Source: an uncultured Veillonellaceae bacterium (GTDB lineage Bacteria > Bacillota > Negativicutes > JARBTT01). Taken from it: 64,000 bases of DNA. The number at the start of each line of letters is the position of its first letter. Positions within the stretch are counted from its first letter, which is position 1. The stretch covers positions 410,233 through 474,232 of the forward strand of contig CAWDTA010000004.1 in NCBI GenBank assembly GCA_963805085.1, written 5' to 3'. Both the position numbers and the translations under genes were made by a program. Positions 61,501 through 64,000 of the stretch are shown here, in pieces. A model generated the notes under the pieces. That model ran no database searches. It was given only the letters and a program-made list of their open reading frames with translations, and was not told where the DNA came from.

Positions 61501-61953
61501 ATGCAATTTCGGAAGAAAAAAACATATGAAGATGTTTATAAGTGGCGTCGCCATAATAATGGTACCTGCTTTTATTGTTACGAAGACAAACCTATCGAAT
61601 ACGCTTTTGTAGGCGAGAAAGGCATTTGCCGAGAATGCTTAGACCAATTTAAAATTGGCCACGCTGGCACAGATCGTCACATAATCACTTACCTTACACA
61701 AGGTCTTAAAAGCCATGAAGAAACAGTTGAATGGCTAAAGAAGCACGGTTTAAAGTTGACACCCAATGGCGAGAAAAATGGTGTTCATTATTATATTGCC
61801 GTTAACAACCTAGGAACCTTTAATACGTATTGTGCTATTATTTATGGAGATATTGATATCTCCACGGTAAGTAGTGACACTGCAAAAAAAATAATGGATA
61901 GCTACAATGAAATAGAAATCTTCAAGGATGGCAGCATTCGCATTATCTATTAA
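61501..61953 (+). CDS. Hypothetical protein with CxxC...CxxC motif
   Basis: AGGGAG RBS; CFYC..ICREC; terminator at about 61986-62023. Confidence 0.75.
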   Translation: MQFRKKKTYEDVYKWRRHNNGTCFYCYEDKPIEYAFVGEKGICRECLDQFKIGHAGTDRHIITYLTQGLKSHEETVEWLKKHGLKLTPNGEKNGVHYYIAVNNLGTFNTYCAIIYGDIDISTVSSDTAKKIMDSYNEIEIFKDGSIRIIY

Positions 61954-62134
61954 AGATATTTTTCTTAGTAGCACCCTTTACGGCAAAAAGCACGCTTTGT
62001 TAATTCTACAAGGCGTGCTTTTTATTTAATTCTTAACTTTATTTTATCTTGAAAATTAAAGTCGTAGCTCCTACTTTCCAAAGACGAAAATTCCGTCTAG
62101 TTCTGCGCATGAAAAAATAGCTGTAACGAAATAT

Positions 62135-62470
62135 TTACCGAATGATAGTTACAATAGTTCCAATTGGAACTATGCTTGATAGTTCCAGCACATTCTGATT
62201 GTACATTCGAATACATCCGTGAGATACTATTTTTCCAATGGATGCTGGATTATTGGTCCCATGAATACCATAGTGCGGTTTGCTTAAGCCCATCCACATA
62301 ACGCCAAAAGGACCTCCTGGATTTGGTACCTTGTTGATGATATTGTAGGTACCTATTGGTGTTGGCGTAAGCATTTTACCAATCCCAACGGGATATGATT
62401 TTTCAGGGGAATCGCCTTGATAAAGTGTAAGCTGCTTTTTCGATATATTCACAATAATCGAGTATGTCAC
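62135..62470 (-). CDS. Stand-alone L,D-transpeptidase domain (YkuD family)
   Basis: YPVGIG, TPIG, YGIHGT, SHGCIRM. Confidence 0.92.
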   Translation of the reverse strand: MTYSIIVNISKKQLTLYQGDSPEKSYPVGIGKMLTPTPIGTYNIINKVPNPGGPFGVMWMGLSKPHYGIHGTNNPASIGKIVSHGCIRMYNQNVLELSSIVPIGTIVTIIR

Positions 62471-62530
62471 CTTATCACCTCCTGTTTCATCCTATGCAAA
62501 ACAAGGAGGAATGGAAATTCTATTTTCTTA

Positions 62531-63868
62531 TCACTTATGCCGCACGACCTCAAACCGCTTCATACTATAGTTCTCGTCTTTGCCAATTCCAGCCTTCATA
62601 AGAGAAATTTCAATTTGCTCCTCAACAGAGTCAACCCCTTCAAGATTAGGCAATAATAATCCATTTCGATGTCCCGTTGATACAATCACCCCATACTTGG
62701 AGACATTTAATTCTTCCTTCGATGTTATATCTTCCGGTGGATACAAAATATCTACAGAATAAACCAAATCACCAAGTTCATCCTCAGTCACTGGATCGAA
62801 TCTAGGATCATGAATTCCTGAACTAACTGCATTTTGTATGATTTCCTGGGCTATATTCTCCCGATAGGGTTCTATTGTTCCAATACAACCTCTTAAGTTT
62901 CCAGCTTTCTTTAAACTGACAAATACACCCCTTCGGTTATCCAGCATCTCTGCAGGTAAACTGCTGAAATCATGATAGTAACTGCCAGACCTTATATAAT
63001 GTTCTAAACTAGCTTTAGCAAGCTTTACATAGGGATCGTCTTCCATACTTACGATTAACTTTGCGGTACCATATCCTACGCCAAAAGGTCCTTCATAAGA
63101 AATCACTTGTGTACATAAATTTTTATTACTTAATGCCCCTGCTGTTATAATCAGCGATCTTAGTCCGCACTCTCCTGCCTTATCTGCTAGGCGAAAATCA
63201 AAGTTTACGATTTCCTCCATGCTGCCTCTTTTTATAATATCCATGATTTTTTCATCAAATTCCTTCCCGTATGGCGAATAACTATATGGACCTTCATTTG
63301 ATAGTTTATGAGAAAGATCACCACTGGAAATAATGATAACCTGCTCGTCAGATTTCTCCACTACTTTAGCTAACAATTTTCCGAACTTAGCCAACAGATT
63401 TGGTGCTAGTAAACCATAAGTAAGATGCACCAGCTTATAATTGTTATATTCTTTATTCACAAAATGTAACGGCACCAATGCGCCATGGTCAAGTTTTTCC
63501 TCAATATCCATTTTAGTTGCAGACTCTTTGCTGATTTGCACCAATGGAATATCTTCGCGCGAGCTCTCACTTACGATTGCTTGCACCATTTCTACATTAT
63601 TTTGAAAGGAAATTTCTAAATTTCCGCACCCAAAACGACTAAAATCTCCTGCTAACTTCTTCTCTGTAGAGATTGCAATCCCATCACGAAAAACTGGTCC
63701 ATGGGGTGTGATCAATATAATCGTTGAAGGTTCTCTATTCTTTATATCTAAAACCAATCCATCAATACCAGCAATCGTTTTTGCCGCTTTGAGTTCTTCC
63801 CCTCTGCCGATCTCTTCAATTAAAATGGGAGGATGAGGAAATAAATATCCGCCTAATAATTTACCCAT
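62531..63868 (-). CDS. amrA: AmmeMemoRadiSam system protein A (LigB/Memo-like domain fused to AMMECR1)
   Basis: PHPPI, DHG..VPL, SGDLSH, YEGPFGVGY; GVFVSL..LRGCIGT, DPRF, GLLLP. Confidence 0.9.
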   Translation of the reverse strand: MGKLLGGYLFPHPPILIEEIGRGEELKAAKTIAGIDGLVLDIKNREPSTIILITPHGPVFRDGIAISTEKKLAGDFSRFGCGNLEISFQNNVEMVQAIVSESSREDIPLVQISKESATKMDIEEKLDHGALVPLHFVNKEYNNYKLVHLTYGLLAPNLLAKFGKLLAKVVEKSDEQVIIISSGDLSHKLSNEGPYSYSPYGKEFDEKIMDIIKRGSMEEIVNFDFRLADKAGECGLRSLIITAGALSNKNLCTQVISYEGPFGVGYGTAKLIVSMEDDPYVKLAKASLEHYIRSGSYYHDFSSLPAEMLDNRRGVFVSLKKAGNLRGCIGTIEPYRENIAQEIIQNAVSSGIHDPRFDPVTEDELGDLVYSVDILYPPEDITSKEELNVSKYGVIVSTGHRNGLLLPNLEGVDSVEEQIEISLMKAGIGKDENYSMKRFEVVRHK

Positions 63869-63880
63869 AATCGCACCATC

Positions 63881-63952
63881 CTATATGATTAACCCTTGAA
63901 TCGCATTCTTACAAGCATTACATTTTTTATCTTTTATTCCAACTACACTCGT
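63881..63952 (-). CDS. C-terminal fragment of probable AmrS radical SAM enzyme
   Basis: TSVVGIKDKKCNACKNAIQGLII-stop immediately upstream of amrA. Confidence 0.45.
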   Translation of the reverse strand, partial: TSVVGIKDKKCNACKNAIQGLII

Positions 63953-64000
63953 GTGATGCTCCCTTAATATGACGGGCAAGGGTGGGGCCGGCGCATGAGG

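Overview
Low-GC chromosomal region, most consistent with a spore-forming, diderm Negativicute (Sporomusaceae-like), inferred from the co-occurrence of a ger operon, an FDH-N-type formate dehydrogenase and a CsgG-family gene. In order: a molybdenum-cofactor/formate dehydrogenase cluster (moeA, mog, fdnIH-fdhE-fdnG, fdhD, moaC, moaA), DbpA helicase, MFS/HxlR pair, a blaI-blaR1-class D beta-lactamase locus with BlaI operators, chemoreceptors, a gerK-type operon, several unusual signalling proteins, transporters, a c-di-GMP-I riboswitch-controlled M23 peptidase, an atypical stand-alone CooS, small spore-type proteins, a partly duplicated CsgG/FlgT/LPP20-like envelope operon, a TetR-EmrAB pump and amrA. 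The most notable observations are a ~300-nt stand-alone structured RNA with a sigmaA promoter, CodY box and terminator (54070-54370), an IS630-derived DNA-binding gene behind a sigma28 promoter with a GGA-rich leader (49447-50057), and a PocR kinase that appears to be a chemoreceptor/kinase chimera. All family assignments are by-eye motif recognition; no database searches were run.
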